Source: Tubulanus polymorphus (Eukaryota > Animalia > Nemertea). Taken from it: a stretch of DNA of 64,000 bases. Under the pieces are notes generated by a model, which saw only the letters and a list, made by a program, of their open reading frames with translations, was not told where the DNA came from and ran no database searches. Where the stretch lies: positions 11,803,950 through 11,867,949 of the forward strand of contig NC_134026.1 in the NCBI RefSeq assembly GCF_964204645.1, in the 5' to 3' direction. Made by a program: the position numbers and the translations under genes. Positions 22,980 to 35,400 of this stretch are shown here, piece after piece. Within the stretch, counting starts at the first letter, position 1. Every line of letters starts with the position of its first letter.

Positions 22980-24390
22980 GTTCTTTCTCCCCTCACATTT
23001 ACGACACAATCAAGATTTATTAGAACGGTTAAAACACATTATACCTGGTAACGATAGATTCATTTCGTTTGATGCTAGTTTCTTTTTTACCAATGCTCCT
23101 CTTAGGCCTACCGGGGTTTTCTTAAACTAAGCTTCCTTCGGTGGATTTTAATTTTGACATTCCTGCTGATTGTATTATCGAATTAATTGAACTTTGCACT
23201 CAGAACCCCTATTCAGTTTCAACAATTCATATTTCGAACAAGTTTTTGGCATGGCTATGGGGAACCCGCTTAGTCCCATTCTAGCGAATCTATTCCTTGA
23301 ACACGTTGAAACTGAATTACTACCTCTTGACACGGATACTCCCCCTAGACTTTGGTTACGATACGTTGATGATATTCTTGTGCTTCTACCTTTTGACTTT
23401 GATATTGATCTATTTCTCACATTTATCAACTCTTTTTATCCCTCCTTGAACTTCACATTTGAATTGGAAATTGATGGGAAAATCCCTTTCCTTGATGTTT
23501 GTATTCACAATTGTTTGTCTTGTTTAAAATTATCAGTTTATAGGAAACCTACCCGCTCTGGATCATACCTGCATTCTTTCTCCTAACATTAAACTTAGTG
23601 TTGTCCAAGGCTTATTCCTTCGTGCGCTAAGGATTTGTGACCCCCTTTTCTTGGATGATGAATTAACGCAGATCAAGACTTCTCTTGATAAATGAACGTA
23701 CCCCGACGACATTTTGAATAAAGCTTAGTTGTTGCTAATCACGTATACAAAACCAGCCACAATTTTGATTTTGAAAATGCCTCCATAATTTCCCACTGTC
23801 CGGAAAAATTTAAACGACAGATTTTGGAATCGGCTCTGATTATCGAAAACTCGGGAAATTGTGTCAATTTGAATAACGGTTTCTCGCCCCCAAACTTGTT
23901 GATCTCCAAATTTCTCGCGTCTCTTGTATCCCCGTTATATTAATTCCCTCCATTGTTTGCCTTGAATATCGCTTGCTTGTTTCCACTCACTCACTGATTA
24001 TCGCCTTTCGTGTTCCTTCTCTTTGTTTTCAATTTGATTACCCCTTAGCTTGTCCTCACGTTTAATCACTTTAGTTTGTGTCTTCTGTTTTTAAATTACT
24101 TTAATCTATATTGCCCCCTAGGTTGCCTTTGCTTACTTTACTATTGTTTTCCAGCTGTAATGTCATTACTTTTCTATTCCCCTTGCAACATTTTAATCAC
24201 TCCTAGGTTTCTATTGTTTTGGTCTTGTATAGATATCTTGTAATATTCTCCTGTTCTCAGTACGCCTGATGATGGCTAATAGTCTTTAGCCGAAACGTTG
24301 CGCAAATATATACAATGTATACTCTTCTATTCAAGTTTCTCGTTTTGGCTGAATTTATTGTGGAATTTCTCTTGTTAATTTCAAGATTTA
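22980..24390 (+). mobile_element. Penelope-like retroelement fragment (RT, GIY-YIG remnant, 3' pseudo-LTR)
   Basis: GMAMGNPLSPILANLF, WLRYVDD, IPFLDV, VYRKPT; downstream ANHVYKTSHNFDFENASII..RQILESALI..VNLNNG; hammerhead motif in the 3' region. Confidence 0.88.
24263..24302 (+). ncRNA. Minimal type I hammerhead ribozyme (Penelope-associated)
   Basis: cgc-CTGATGA-t-ggctaa(tagtct)ttagcc-GAAA-cgtt-gcg: conserved core, 6-bp stem II, palindromic aacgtt stem III, cgc/gcg stem I. Confidence 0.8.
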
Positions 24391-24394
24391 CCTA

Positions 24395-26252
24395 CCAAGA
24401 TGTACAAAGCTGATTACCTCACGCTGATACGTGCACGAAAGTAATGCAAAGAGTTCGACGCAAGAAATATCCGAAAGATCCTGCAACCCATGATGAACTG
24501 TCCATTACGAATGGTTAGCGGTAAAAATCCCCTGGGTAAAAATCCCCTCGGTGAAAATCCCCAATTCTTCAAAGTAGATAGAAATACCCTTTCTGAATGT
24601 AGTGTAAGTAGATACAATCTTAAGGTCAATTAATTCGTATAATTGATACGTATCCAGTTTATCATTGTGGAAGAATCCAGGTAATCCAGGTAATAATGCC
24701 AGAGGTAAAAATGCCATAGGAAAGAATGCCAGAAGTAAAATGCCAGAGGAAAAATCACATCATCGGTAAAAATGCCAGAGGGAAATATAAGGAAAAAAAG
24801 AAAAGAATTTATCAACATTGGGATTTTTACCTACTTTGAATATTTGGGGATTTTTACCTAGGGGATTTTTACCCTGGGGATTTATACCTCCAACCATTAC
24901 AGATACATGGTATCTCACCCGAGAGGGTGGAGAAGTGTTCCTGATGTATGATAACGCGAGCACAAGAATCGTGATTTTTGCAACAGACTTATTTTAAAAA
25001 AACTCAGTGAAGCTGATATTATTGTTCACGGACGGAAATTTCCAGATGGCACCAATTTTGTTCGAACAGTTGTATGTAATCCATGTCCCTCTGGCTGATT
25101 TTTCTACAGTTAGTGCATTCTTTCAAAGGAAAGCTCGGGAAACCTATGAAGAATTTCTCACCGTATTATGTGAACAGTGCGATGGGAAGGGACTATTTCT
25201 CTTGCCGAAAACTTTTGTGATAGATTTTGAGTTGGCAGTTCTCAATGCGACAAAATCTGTGTTTGTTGATATTGAATTACGAGGATGCTTCTATCATTTG
25301 TCCCAGTGTATATATCGAAAGAATCAAAACCTTGCACTTGTAACCATGTACAGGGACGATAAAGATTTTCAGTTATTCTGTGGACAGTTAAATGGACTAC
25401 TTTAGCCTCCTTGCCTGTAGATGATGTTGAATCCGGATACAATAATTTACTGCTGCAGAAGAGAATGCTGAGCTTGTAGATTACTTCGGCAGTAACCTTG
25501 CGTCAACGTACCGTAAAATTCATGCTCCAGGTGGGCTGTTCCGTTCAAAACGTGCCCCCCAGCATCCTCCAAAGAACTGGAACATGTATACTTTTGCCAT
25601 GAATTCTGAGAACAGAAAAAGCAATTTGTCAGAGGCTTGGAACAATAAATTCTGTATATTGGTCGGATCAAAACATCCATCTATCTGGCGTGGTATCGAA
25701 TGTTTGCCAGAGGAAAGTTGCGTTGAAACTGTTCTGGCACAAATGGAAGCTGGTAAGCCACACAAAAAAAAACATGTCAAACGAAATTACGTCCAGCTAC
25801 AAAATCGGCTGAAAAACCTCTGTGAGCAACATCGCGACGGTAAATCAAATATTGTTGCCTTTTTACGTCGTGTTGGGCGCAACCTGCGAAATTAATGAAC
25901 AAATGAATAATGATAACTGTGCTGAAGATTGTGCTTTCTTGTATTGTGAATATTTTGCTGCAATATATGTAAATATCTTTTTTAGATATTCGTTCTTGTA
26001 GATATGCAGCTAAATAAAAACATTTAAAAGTGAAGTGAATTTAATTTATCGTTTTTTAATCGAAGTTGTTACACTTTGTACTACATATTATCCATAAAAC
26101 AATCCTAATCCATTGATAGAGTCCTATGAGCAGTTTAATTAGTAATATCAGGGGGACTAATTGTATTGGGTTGGTGATATCAAAGAGGACTAATTTTCGG
26201 AAGACTAAATGTCCGGGAGACTAAATGTAAGAAGACTAAATGGGTGGATTCC
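24395..26252 (+). mobile_element. Second, 5'-truncated and more degenerate copy of the MULE transposon
   Basis: Colinear with 21472-22978; ORFs 25007-25405 and 25584-25895 are near copies of the first transposase; same 3' terminus. Confidence 0.92.
24513..24895. mobile_element. Mutator-like MITE inserted in MULE copy 2
   Basis: TIR-like ends ggttagcggtaaaaatcccc / ggggatttatacctccaacc; 9-bp TSD attacgaat / attacagat. The uninterrupted site attacagat is present in copy 1 at ~21581. Confidence 0.88.
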
Positions 26253-26399
26253 ATTCTGAATTGCATGGTGCGCTTGGTGCTGAACACCGTTATCGCTGCT
26301 TTGCAGCTATATTTGATTTCGGTTTCGATGTTATAAAGGGTTCTTTTTGCTCTCCGAGCGGCGTTCAGAGCAATATCTAACGATTGAACACTCATTATT

Positions 26400-27800
26400 C
26401 TGGTGGCTATGGGCTGGTGGCTGGTGGCTTATTCCACTCGTATTACTAGCTTCCGAGGTTCCTATGCAAAAACTGACTGGCCAAATCATCTAAAATTTCC
26501 GGCAATCCGTCGATTTCTACCTCTGATTTGTAGCAGTTAGCTTTATTCATATCCCACTTTATTCGTGTCTGTGTCGGTGGGAAGTCGCTTTGATTGCGTT
26601 AATGGTTAGGATACCTACGATTATATGTCTAACTGCGGGATTGGTATTCTTGCAGAAATGAGACAATGGAATTCAGAAATAACGGGTTCAAATCAGTCAA
26701 AGACTTTCAGCAAATTCGGTAATCAAGGGTTCATCGGTTGTGTCGAGTTTAGATTCGGTAAAATGTAAGATGTCATTACGCGAGATAAAGGTACGAAACT
26801 CACTAAACGGGGATTTAGCCTGGGAGCCCACACGTGTAAGCAAGTCAACAAAATGCTATCGCGTTCCTATGCATTAGCACTTTCCAGCAGTGTGGGGTGG
26901 TGATTTCAGCTAGCACTTTGTTGTGTGTCCCCGGATGACAACCGTGGCTTTTTTTTGTCTTTTTCCCGCTCCACTCCGTTACGTGTCTGTCTTTCTGCAG
27001 GCCGGACGCCGAGTACCTATTGCTGTGGTGTTTGGCACCTTTCGCATGTTTGCGGATTTAGTCTCCGAACGTAAATAGGTTATCTGAACATGGTAGCAAT
27101 GCCTCATGGGTACTAACCATGGTATGTTCATCATTTCGCTTGATAAGCCTACCATTACTGGCCACTTAAAGTTTGTATCTCCAAGTAACCAGCTCCCAAC
27201 ATCTTGCGTGTATTTATATTTAGCAGTCGATCTACGATTGAGCGCCCCACATCCAAGCGTTTTCGAATTTTTTGTCCTCGTTCTGCTTTTTTTGGCGTGA
27301 ACAACATCAACTTTTGTCTCTTTTACAAGTGCCGGTGAGTGGTCATTCCTACGTTTAAGCCGAACAAACCCAATGCCTTCGGGCATGGGCTGTATAAGAA
27401 CAGTGTATTTCTCGGCACAAAAGGTATGAGGGGCATCTTTTTTCTCAACTCATTCGGAGATAATTAAACAGTTGTCGGGTTAATCGAACGGGCTGCGGTG
27501 TATTTTTGTATTTAGCTCGGACGGCTATTCAATGACCACGTTTTCTAATTTCATTTTGTCCCTGTTTGACGGACTTTGGCGCCCGCTGGTTTAAAATGCG
27601 TGAATAATGTGATATTTTCTGCGATACTGTCAAATTTGGAGGTATTGAACTCGCTCTTTTTGAGATCAGCAATTTCGACGCTGTGGTGGTCGGCCGTTAT
27701 GCCGAGTGACACAAGTATCGATTCGAACGTAAATTGCTGTTTTTCATTCTTTTCGACTGATGTCTGCAGTTTTGCGAAAGTTTATGGTTGCCGAATCGTA
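26400..27800 (-). mobile_element. Highly decayed LINE fragment (ORF1 / start of APE endonuclease, CR1/L2-like)
   Basis: The minus strand near 26850-26730 reads ..KSPFSEFRTFISRNDILHFTESKLD, resembling the endonuclease N-terminus; the rest is only weakly coding-like. Confidence 0.35.
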
Positions 27801-28799
27801 GTATTGTGATTGACCGGTACACCGTAGTTACTGATGCGGAATGGCTTTGGGTTATATTAAGGTCTATCCCACAGGTGTTGGAGTCAATTTCACAGTTTAC
27901 TTAAGTAATGAAAATCTGGACTTCAACAATATCAGTAATGGGAAAGTTAGGGTTCAGGCCAGAGGTCGAGACGCCCGCACTTTTCATATTTTTTCTTCCT
28001 TAATAATTGGGGTCAATAATCAATAAATAATAAGAATAAAACCATCGAAAAAAGTATATGAAATAAAAAAATTGAACGATGTGTTACAGGAAATGAAACA
28101 TTAAAAAATAGTAAAAACTAAATACGGTGAAAAAACTCAGCTCATTTAAGTTATGGTAGTATAAACTCAACACGTGAATTTAGGGTATTTCTACCTGATA
28201 AATGGAATGTAAGGTTAAATGATGATAAATTAAAAGATTTATTAAGTTTTGAAACAATTTGTCATGGGAAAAATGAAGATGGTTTACATGATTTTGAAAT
28301 TGTTGAAATAATTGTTGAATGAATATGAAAAAATATGAAACATTGATTGGTTGAATAAAAATGAAAAATACAACAACCAACTAATAAAAAATTATCACAA
28401 AATTAGTAGATTCTGACATTCATTTGCTAGTGAATTAAACGCCATTGTACATGATCAGTGTAAAGGTTGTATATTTCTGGATATGGATTTTCCACCTATG
28501 TTATGGTTGCGTATATCTACCAGTGTTGTGAATCCGGGTTTGGTTCTCCAACTAGCGTTGTGGTAATAATCCTCTCGTCGATGTTGCGTCATCGATGAAT
28601 GACGTCATCCGGAATTTCAGATTTCATGGTAAATTTTAACATTTTGATATCTACCTTTTCGACTTTCTGATTGTGGGACTGTGGATGAGTTTAGTCTTTA
28701 TAATCCCATTTTATCTTTATTCAAACTTACGATGGGCGATTTGTCTTATGCTTCGTATGCTTCGTAAAATGATAAACTATGAGGTTCAATTCTTCATTT

Positions 28800-29235
28800 T
28801 CTTATTACCGAAATTCCTCATTTGCTTTATAATTTGAAATGATTTCTACATTTAGTTCTTCGAAGCATTGTGTTCCACCGTACTTCATGCTAGTCTCAAT
28901 CAACAGATTGTTATCCAAGCCAATACCTTTATCGAGGGTAAGCCAGAGTACTAAATTGCTCGTTGTTCCTGTTCTAATGATTTTGTTTTCAAAGCAACTT
29001 CTGATCACTAATGCTATTCCTCCTGACCGAAACCTAGAAATTTTTTTCACGATTATTGGTGATTAGGTGGTATTCCCTAAACTAGTAAGTAATGTATTCG
29101 CCGAATCTTAGTCAGTATCGTCCAGTTTGGTCTCGGTCAGGATAAGAATGTCATGTGATCTTACTCTCATGAAATTCGTTTACAAAAGTTTTACTTTTCA
29201 GTCCACACACATTTAATGTTACTACGCTAATGTCT
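28800..29235 (-). mobile_element. CR1/L2-type LINE apurinic endonuclease fragment
   Basis: ISVVTLNVCGLKSK..HDILILTETKLDD..RSGGIALVI..LVLWLTL, with frameshifts. Confidence 0.75.
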
Positions 29236-29499
29236 GGTTCCGTGCTTGCAGCCTAATCTTGGTTGTTTTCGGTTGTGGTTAATATTGTTTATTTTCAAGA
29301 GAAATTATAACAGATGGTCATGCATAACATTTCATATAAATATGAATAAAGAGTCGACAAGATGTTATAATATCTAGTGAAGGATAGCCCAATAAAAAGC
29401 AAGAATGCTTGTTTAGAGCATTGGGCCACCTTAAAACACACACAATCGCACATCATTCATTCCCCTCGCATACAGATTTTCAAAATCAACTGATGGAAG

Positions 29500-30140
29500 C
29501 ACGCAGCTCCTCGATCCCAGCCACTTTATATAAGGGTAATCCACGCACACACGCAGCCCCTCGATCCCGACCACTCTATATAAGGGTAATCCACGCACAC
29601 ACCACCCCTTGATCCCAGCCACTTTATATAAGGGTAATCCACGCACACACGCGGCCCCTCGATCCCAGCCACTCTATATAAGGGTAATCCACGCACATGT
29701 ACGCAGCCCCTCGATCCCGGCCACTCATTATAAGGGTAATCCACGCACACACGCAGCCCCTCGATAGCAGCCACTCTATATAAGGGTAATCCACTCACAC
29801 ACCACCCCCCGATCCCAACGACTTTATATAAGGGTGATCCACGCACACACGCGGCCCCTCGATCCCAGCCACTCTTTATAAGGGTGATCCACGCACACAC
29901 GAAGCCCCTCGATAGCAGCCACTCTGTATAAGGTTAATCCACGCACACACCACCCCTCGATCCCAGCCACTTTAAATAAGGGTGATCCACGCACACACGC
30001 GGCCCCTCGATTCCAGCCACTCTATATAAGGGTGATCCACTCACAAACGCGGCCCCTCGATCCCAGCCACTCTATATAAGGGTAATCCACGCACACTCGC
30101 AGCCCCTCGATCCCGGCCACTCTATATAAGGGTAATCCAC
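29500..30140. repeat. Minisatellite, ~50-bp unit, ~13 copies
   Basis: Unit acgcagcccctcgatcccagccactctatataagggtaatccacgcacac, period 48-52 bp. Confidence 0.95.
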
Positions 30141-30463
30141 ATTGTCGACGAGTAGAATCGGACAACAATCGCGGTTGTAGACATTGTCGACGAGTAGAAT
30201 CGGTCGACAATCGGGGTTGTAGACATTGTCGACGAGTAGAATCGGTCGACAATCGGGGTTGTAGACATTGTCGACGAGTTGAATCGGACGACAATCGGAG
30301 TTGTAGACATTGTCGACGAGTAGAATCGGTCGACAATCGGGGTTGTAGACATTGTCGACGAGTAGAATCGGACGACAATCGGGGTTGTAGACATTGTCGA
30401 CGAGTAAAATCGGTCGACAATCGGGGTTGTAGACATTGTCGACGAGTAGAATCGGCCGACATT
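30139..30463. repeat. Minisatellite, 42-bp unit, ~7.7 copies, internally palindromic
   Basis: Unit gacattgtcgacgagtagaatcggtcgacaatcggggttgta; attgtcgac..gtcgacaat is an inverted pair. Confidence 0.95.
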
Positions 30464-31253
30464 TAGGATTGATAGATCTCTACTTTTATCTGGAGTTGAG
30501 CCGCACGTCCCTATGGCGTAATGTCGTAAGATTCAATCAGTCCAATATTGGCGGATTAATTCCAAATACCAGTCCAATGTGATAAGTCTCCGCTGGAACT
30601 ATTTAATGCTATGGACTTGAGCCCTGCGCGACTCGTGGATATTTGAAAAGTCATGAAAAATCGTTTCATACACAAAATACGATGACAAAATGACTAAATA
30701 AACACGGAACAGTAAGAACAAGAAAGATCAGAGGTTTGCAATGATGGTTTATTTTTTGAAATCGGTTGAATGAGAGCTGAGTAGTGATGATATAATTAGA
30801 GTTGAATTAAAAAGAATTTAAAATCACCGCGTATATGGCTTCCGCGACTTAGTGTCACTGACACTAAGGTTCTCAGTGAACTTCTTTGTGGTGCGGACAC
30901 ACGAAAGTTGTGTTGATTTAGTGCCAGCAGGCAACCGCTGCGACCACTCAACCTATTGGAAAAAGTTTCACAATGCGAACATATTATTGTTCTGACAACG
31001 AATATTTCAACGAAAATAAAACTGCTTTCGTGCACAAGAGTATTCGCTTAAAGTTTCATTTATAGTACTATTATAATAACAATCAAAATTATCAAAACAT
31101 TGCTGATATGAAAACGATTACATGAGATATGAATATAAAAGAAACGCTAAATGATATATGATATGCGATGACATAGATACTGAATGTCACTTTGGGTTTT
31201 ATCTTTTAGTTTTTTTTCCACGCTCAATACAAAATCAATGAGACTTACACCTG

Positions 31254-31380
31254 GGGCTAGTTGCTCAAAAGTTGGTTAAAGATAGCCGGCCGTTAAATAC
31301 CATAGTAACAATGAAATTTCAATTGTCACCATATCAACTATCCACTAGTTAACTCTACCCAACTTTTGAGTAACCGGCCC
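31254..31380. mobile_element. PIF/Harbinger-like MITE
   Basis: TIRs gggctagttgctcaaaagttgg / ccaacttttgagtaaccggccc; CTG on both sides. Confidence 0.75.
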
Positions 31381-31383
31381 CTG

Positions 31384-31521
31384 GGGCCAGTTGCACAGTC
31401 GTGACTTAAGTCCAAAAGTGGTCTTAAATCTTAAGACTGGTCTTAAGTCATTAGATTGGCTATAGAACGAAGTTGGTCTTAGATTGGTCTTAAGTCTAAG
31501 TCATGATTATGCAACTGACCC
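31384..31521. mobile_element. PIF/Harbinger-like MITE (different family), abutting the first
   Basis: TIRs gggccagttgcacagtcgtgactta / taagtcatgattatgcaactgaccc; flanks CTG and CAG. Confidence 0.72.
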
Positions 31522-31650
31522 CAGACTTCTAAGACTTAACCTCCCTCAGATCGGTAGAGATTTTAGCACTTCATTTCTTTCATTTCAATTTAAGCTATTT
31601 CAAGCAAGCCCCGCACAAGGTGTAGCGTCTGGCGCTCGCGCTGTCAGCCG

Positions 31651-31843
31651 CACTGTTAGAAATAATTACAGTTTTACAAGTAGATTGTCACAAAATTCAG
31701 TGTATTTCTGCAAAATCTATTGCGTTTTACAAAATTTCCTTGTAGAGACATTTAATTCTACAACTTATTCTTGTCAAGTTTGCACATAATCAACTTTGCT
31801 GCCAATATTTAATTGTAAAAATGCAACAATATTTTTTACAGTG
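31651..31843. mobile_element. CACTG-terminated MITE (CMC/EnSpm-like)
   Basis: cactgttagaaat ... attttttacagtg; internal ttttacaa repeats. Confidence 0.5.
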
Positions 31844-32549
31844 CTCGATAACCAACATGAAAATATACGCCACCGTTATCCTTAAAAGTTGATTGGTAAT
31901 GCATTTGGTTTATTCGAAATTATAAAGACAACGGGCATCATGATACTGAATTAAATGACCCGTGTGAGATTTTATTGTCATTATTAAGAGGTGTTTGATT
32001 ACGAAGTAATTATGAAAATATGTATTTATGATAAAAGACGAGCCGTTATGAAACAATTTTGGTGTCGCTATGAAAAGGGCCACCAATTTGGACAATCATA
32101 GGCATAAGATACATTTATGTAATTATTGAAAGCTGAATTTAGGCCACTTAAAATTCATTTAATATCAAACAGAAAATAATTTTGAAAAACTACAAAAATT
32201 AAACATTGGCCAGTTTTAAAAAGGGGAGTGAAATTTTTGAAGTACCTCAAGGAAGGCATGAGGCACCCTGCATCCACCCGGCCTATTGATTTGTCACAAT
32301 TGAAAGATTTCTAAAAGAAAATCTCTATAGGGATCCACCCCCACCAACTGCTGAGGTTTTAGAATACATAACACGTCGAACGTGTAGAATTTCAAACTTA
32401 TACGAGTTCACCGGATGCAAAAAGGATTAAAATCGAGAGCGATGACAGTTAGCGTTGCAGTTACGATAGAGACGATAAACAGAAAATCATAAATTATAAA
32501 GAACTGAAGACAACGATATTGAGTCGTCGGAAAGGTACTTTGCAATCGT

Positions 32550-33330
32550 TAATGGACTGCAATCTGATGGCTAGTTCAAGATAGTGCGGACATTGTAAAG
32601 GGACGATGCGCTTAACGTTATACAAAAGTACAAAAGCTGGAAATGAGGGCTGCAAGCGAATAAAAGGTAAATTACATCGCCATCACTTGTCGGTTGGATG
32701 TGGAAGTTGGTTCGCGAGATCCAATCTGACGATAGCCGAAATTTTAGAGATTACCTATTGGTTATCGCGTGGCGTGCAACAATGTGTTATTCAGACTGAA
32801 ATGGGGCTCTCGAGCCGCACAATAGTTGATTGGGTGATTTTTTTCAGAGAAGTGTGCGATCAAACTGTTTTCCGTGAATGTAGAGCAATCGGTGGCCCAG
32901 GTTGTTGAAATAGACAATCGAAATTCGGCAAAAGAAAATACAACCACGGAAGACAGGTGGAATCGAACGTGGAAAGAATGCAAACGTGTTCATGGTTGCA
33001 GTCGAAAAATGGGATGCGGAAACGTTGGTACCGACAATCGAGAAGTGTATTTAACCGGGAACCACGATAATGAGCGATTGCTGGAAAGCATATTCTACTA
33101 GTTTGGGAGAGCGCGGATATAGTCACTCGACGGTTAATCATAGTGTCACTTTTTAGATCCTGAAACTAATGCATGTACAAATTTGATCGAGAATCAGTGG
33201 CTTCATGCAAAAAACTTTCCGAAATATCGAACAGTGAAAGAACATTTTGACTCTTATCTTGGCCAATACGTGCGAAGTAGGACCTTCGGATCCATTCCTG
33301 TCATTCATGACGTGAAAACAATTTATAATG
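32550..33330 (+). pseudogene. Merlin (IS1595/ISXO2-like) DDE transposase pseudogene
   Basis: Across frameshifts: TIVDW..FFREVC..IGGPG, VVEID, KFGKRKYNHGR, DAETLVPTI, GTTIMSDCWKAY, GYSHSTVNHS, CTNLIENQW, HFDSYL. Confidence 0.85.
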
Positions 33331-34339
33331 CAAATGAAATGACAATACCACATTGGCGGACAAATGAAAATGTACTTCGTATTGATAAAGAGTCTAAAAT
33401 ATTAACGAATTGTAGTGTGTTATGGTTGAAATGACACATGAGTACACATGACGATAGTTCCTAAAAATAGTAGTTGTTTTTTTTGTTTCTGTGAGAAATG
33501 ATAGGTCACACTAAACGAATCGGTGGAAAATGATGTTAACACAGACAAAAACGCCCGTCAGACCGATTCCTGGAAACCGCGAATCCGCGAATACAAAAGA
33601 GTGTCCGAAACATATACATAAACGAAGAGATTGGACATAGACACAAATTCATTAATACATTGATTTGACTTACTTTCAGGCACCTACTTTCGGGATAGTA
33701 ATTACATTATTCAAGTTGAATACATAAATCAAGTTGAAAGTAACGATATAAAGCAATATAAAACCCTAGACACTTGTGTTTGACCTGATCAATATATGGG
33801 ATTCGATCATAAGCCGTACGAATCACGGCGATATCGTAGTAGGACTCAATGCACAACATGCTGTATATTCGATGTGAACCGAATCACTGTAAACGGTGTG
33901 TATTGATATGAACCGAATCACTTCAAACGGTGCACTTACACGTGTGTGCTAGGTATAAATACTAATAATAATAAAGTCAAGCCGAAATTGAAACAAAATT
34001 TGCAATAGAAAATCCGGCAACATTGCTATGACACGTAGTACAAAAGATTTGTTTCTTCGTCCGAAAATAAAATTGATTTTGCAAATCGAATACACCATGA
34101 AACCTAACCCTGTTAAATAGAGGTGTAGGAATACGATGTTTACGAGGGTTAAAGTGCAATAAGTCAAAGCCTCCTCTGTCCGGATGCTAGGCCTACGCGC
34201 ATACGTAGGACTACATAAGCTAAAATGAAGATTTTATTAAAAAGCTGTTTTTTCATCATTAATGAAACTTGTATTCCATCAATTCCTGCTGAATCGAGTT
34301 ACTACAGAGCCCCGGATGTTATGCCCTTTTTTTCGTCTG

Positions 34340-34860
34340 AGCATCTTTTCATTCGAACAAATTTTTTTGTCAGAGCAAAAAGTTTTTCGTTTAAACCGAA
34401 AATGTTTTATTCGATCAAACAAAATAGATTTCGCTATTATTCGAACAAAATTGTTTTCGCACACCAATTTTTTTTATTTATTCGAAAATGTTCGATCGAA
34501 CAGAATTGTTTTCATTCGAACTATTATTTGAACGAGATTCTTTTCGCACACCAATTTTTTTGTCGGGACAAAGAGTTTTTCATTCGAATAATAACATAGC
34601 TTTTTATTCGAACAAATATTTTTGTCAGAACGAAAAGTTTATCGTTTGAATAAAAAGTATATTGTTCGATTGAACAAAATTGTTTTCATTCGAACAAAAT
34701 TTTCTTGTCGGAACATTACGTTTTTCGTTCGAACAAGTATATTGATCTATCGAAGTGGTTTTCATTCCAAAGAAAAAGACTTTCGTGGAACTAAATAGTC
34801 TTTTCATCACGGTATAACGAGTAATCTTCATTCGAACAAAATAATCTTCACACCCAAACA
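34340..34860. repeat. Low-complexity repeat rich in ttcattcgaac(aaa) motifs
   Basis: More than 10 copies of (a)ttcgaac within T/A runs; probably the interior of a non-autonomous transposon. Confidence 0.6.
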
Positions 34861-35086
34861 CAATAGGTATAATATGAACCTGGGTATTGTATCTAATATC
34901 CATATTTATGCCTTTTCAGGTTGAAGCTTATCTTACATGTTTCTGACCATGTATGGAAGGGACACAACTTGTTTAGGTCACTTTGGAAATTAACTCGGTC
35001 CTGTACATTTAGGATTGCTCTGTCTCTTAGGACAGTGAATAGAAGACGACATAGGATACTACCTTGCGTGACTCCACTAGTTAGAT

Positions 35087-35400
35087 CTACTTATTCCTGA
35101 TGGGACAGTTCCATTGATTTCGGCCACTTGTTTTCGATCGGAGAAAACTGCTGAGCCATTTAAGCGACCCATCTTTGATACCGTTTCCAAATAGCTTGTT
35201 TAGTAATCGCTGATGTAGTACCTTATCAAATGCTATGTCGAAATCCATAAAGACTATAAGGCCTAACAGTCGATTTTCCAGAGTCAACCAGATTTTCCAG
35301 AGTCAACCATCTGGTCCAGTTGTCCATGGTTACAAGTAAGCCTAATTGACTGTTTGTAGACCTTCATTCTATAAAACCGTGTTGACCGTTGAACAGGATT
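35087..35400 (-). mobile_element. Small CR1-type reverse transcriptase fragment
   Basis: MDFDIAFDKVLHQRLLNKL..GI..LKWLSSFL. Confidence 0.7.

Noticed and set aside
29500-30463. CRISPR-like array, or repeat proteins from ORFs 29431-30462
   Set aside because: The units are contiguous with no unique spacers and no cas genes; the ORFs are by-products of tandem repeats.
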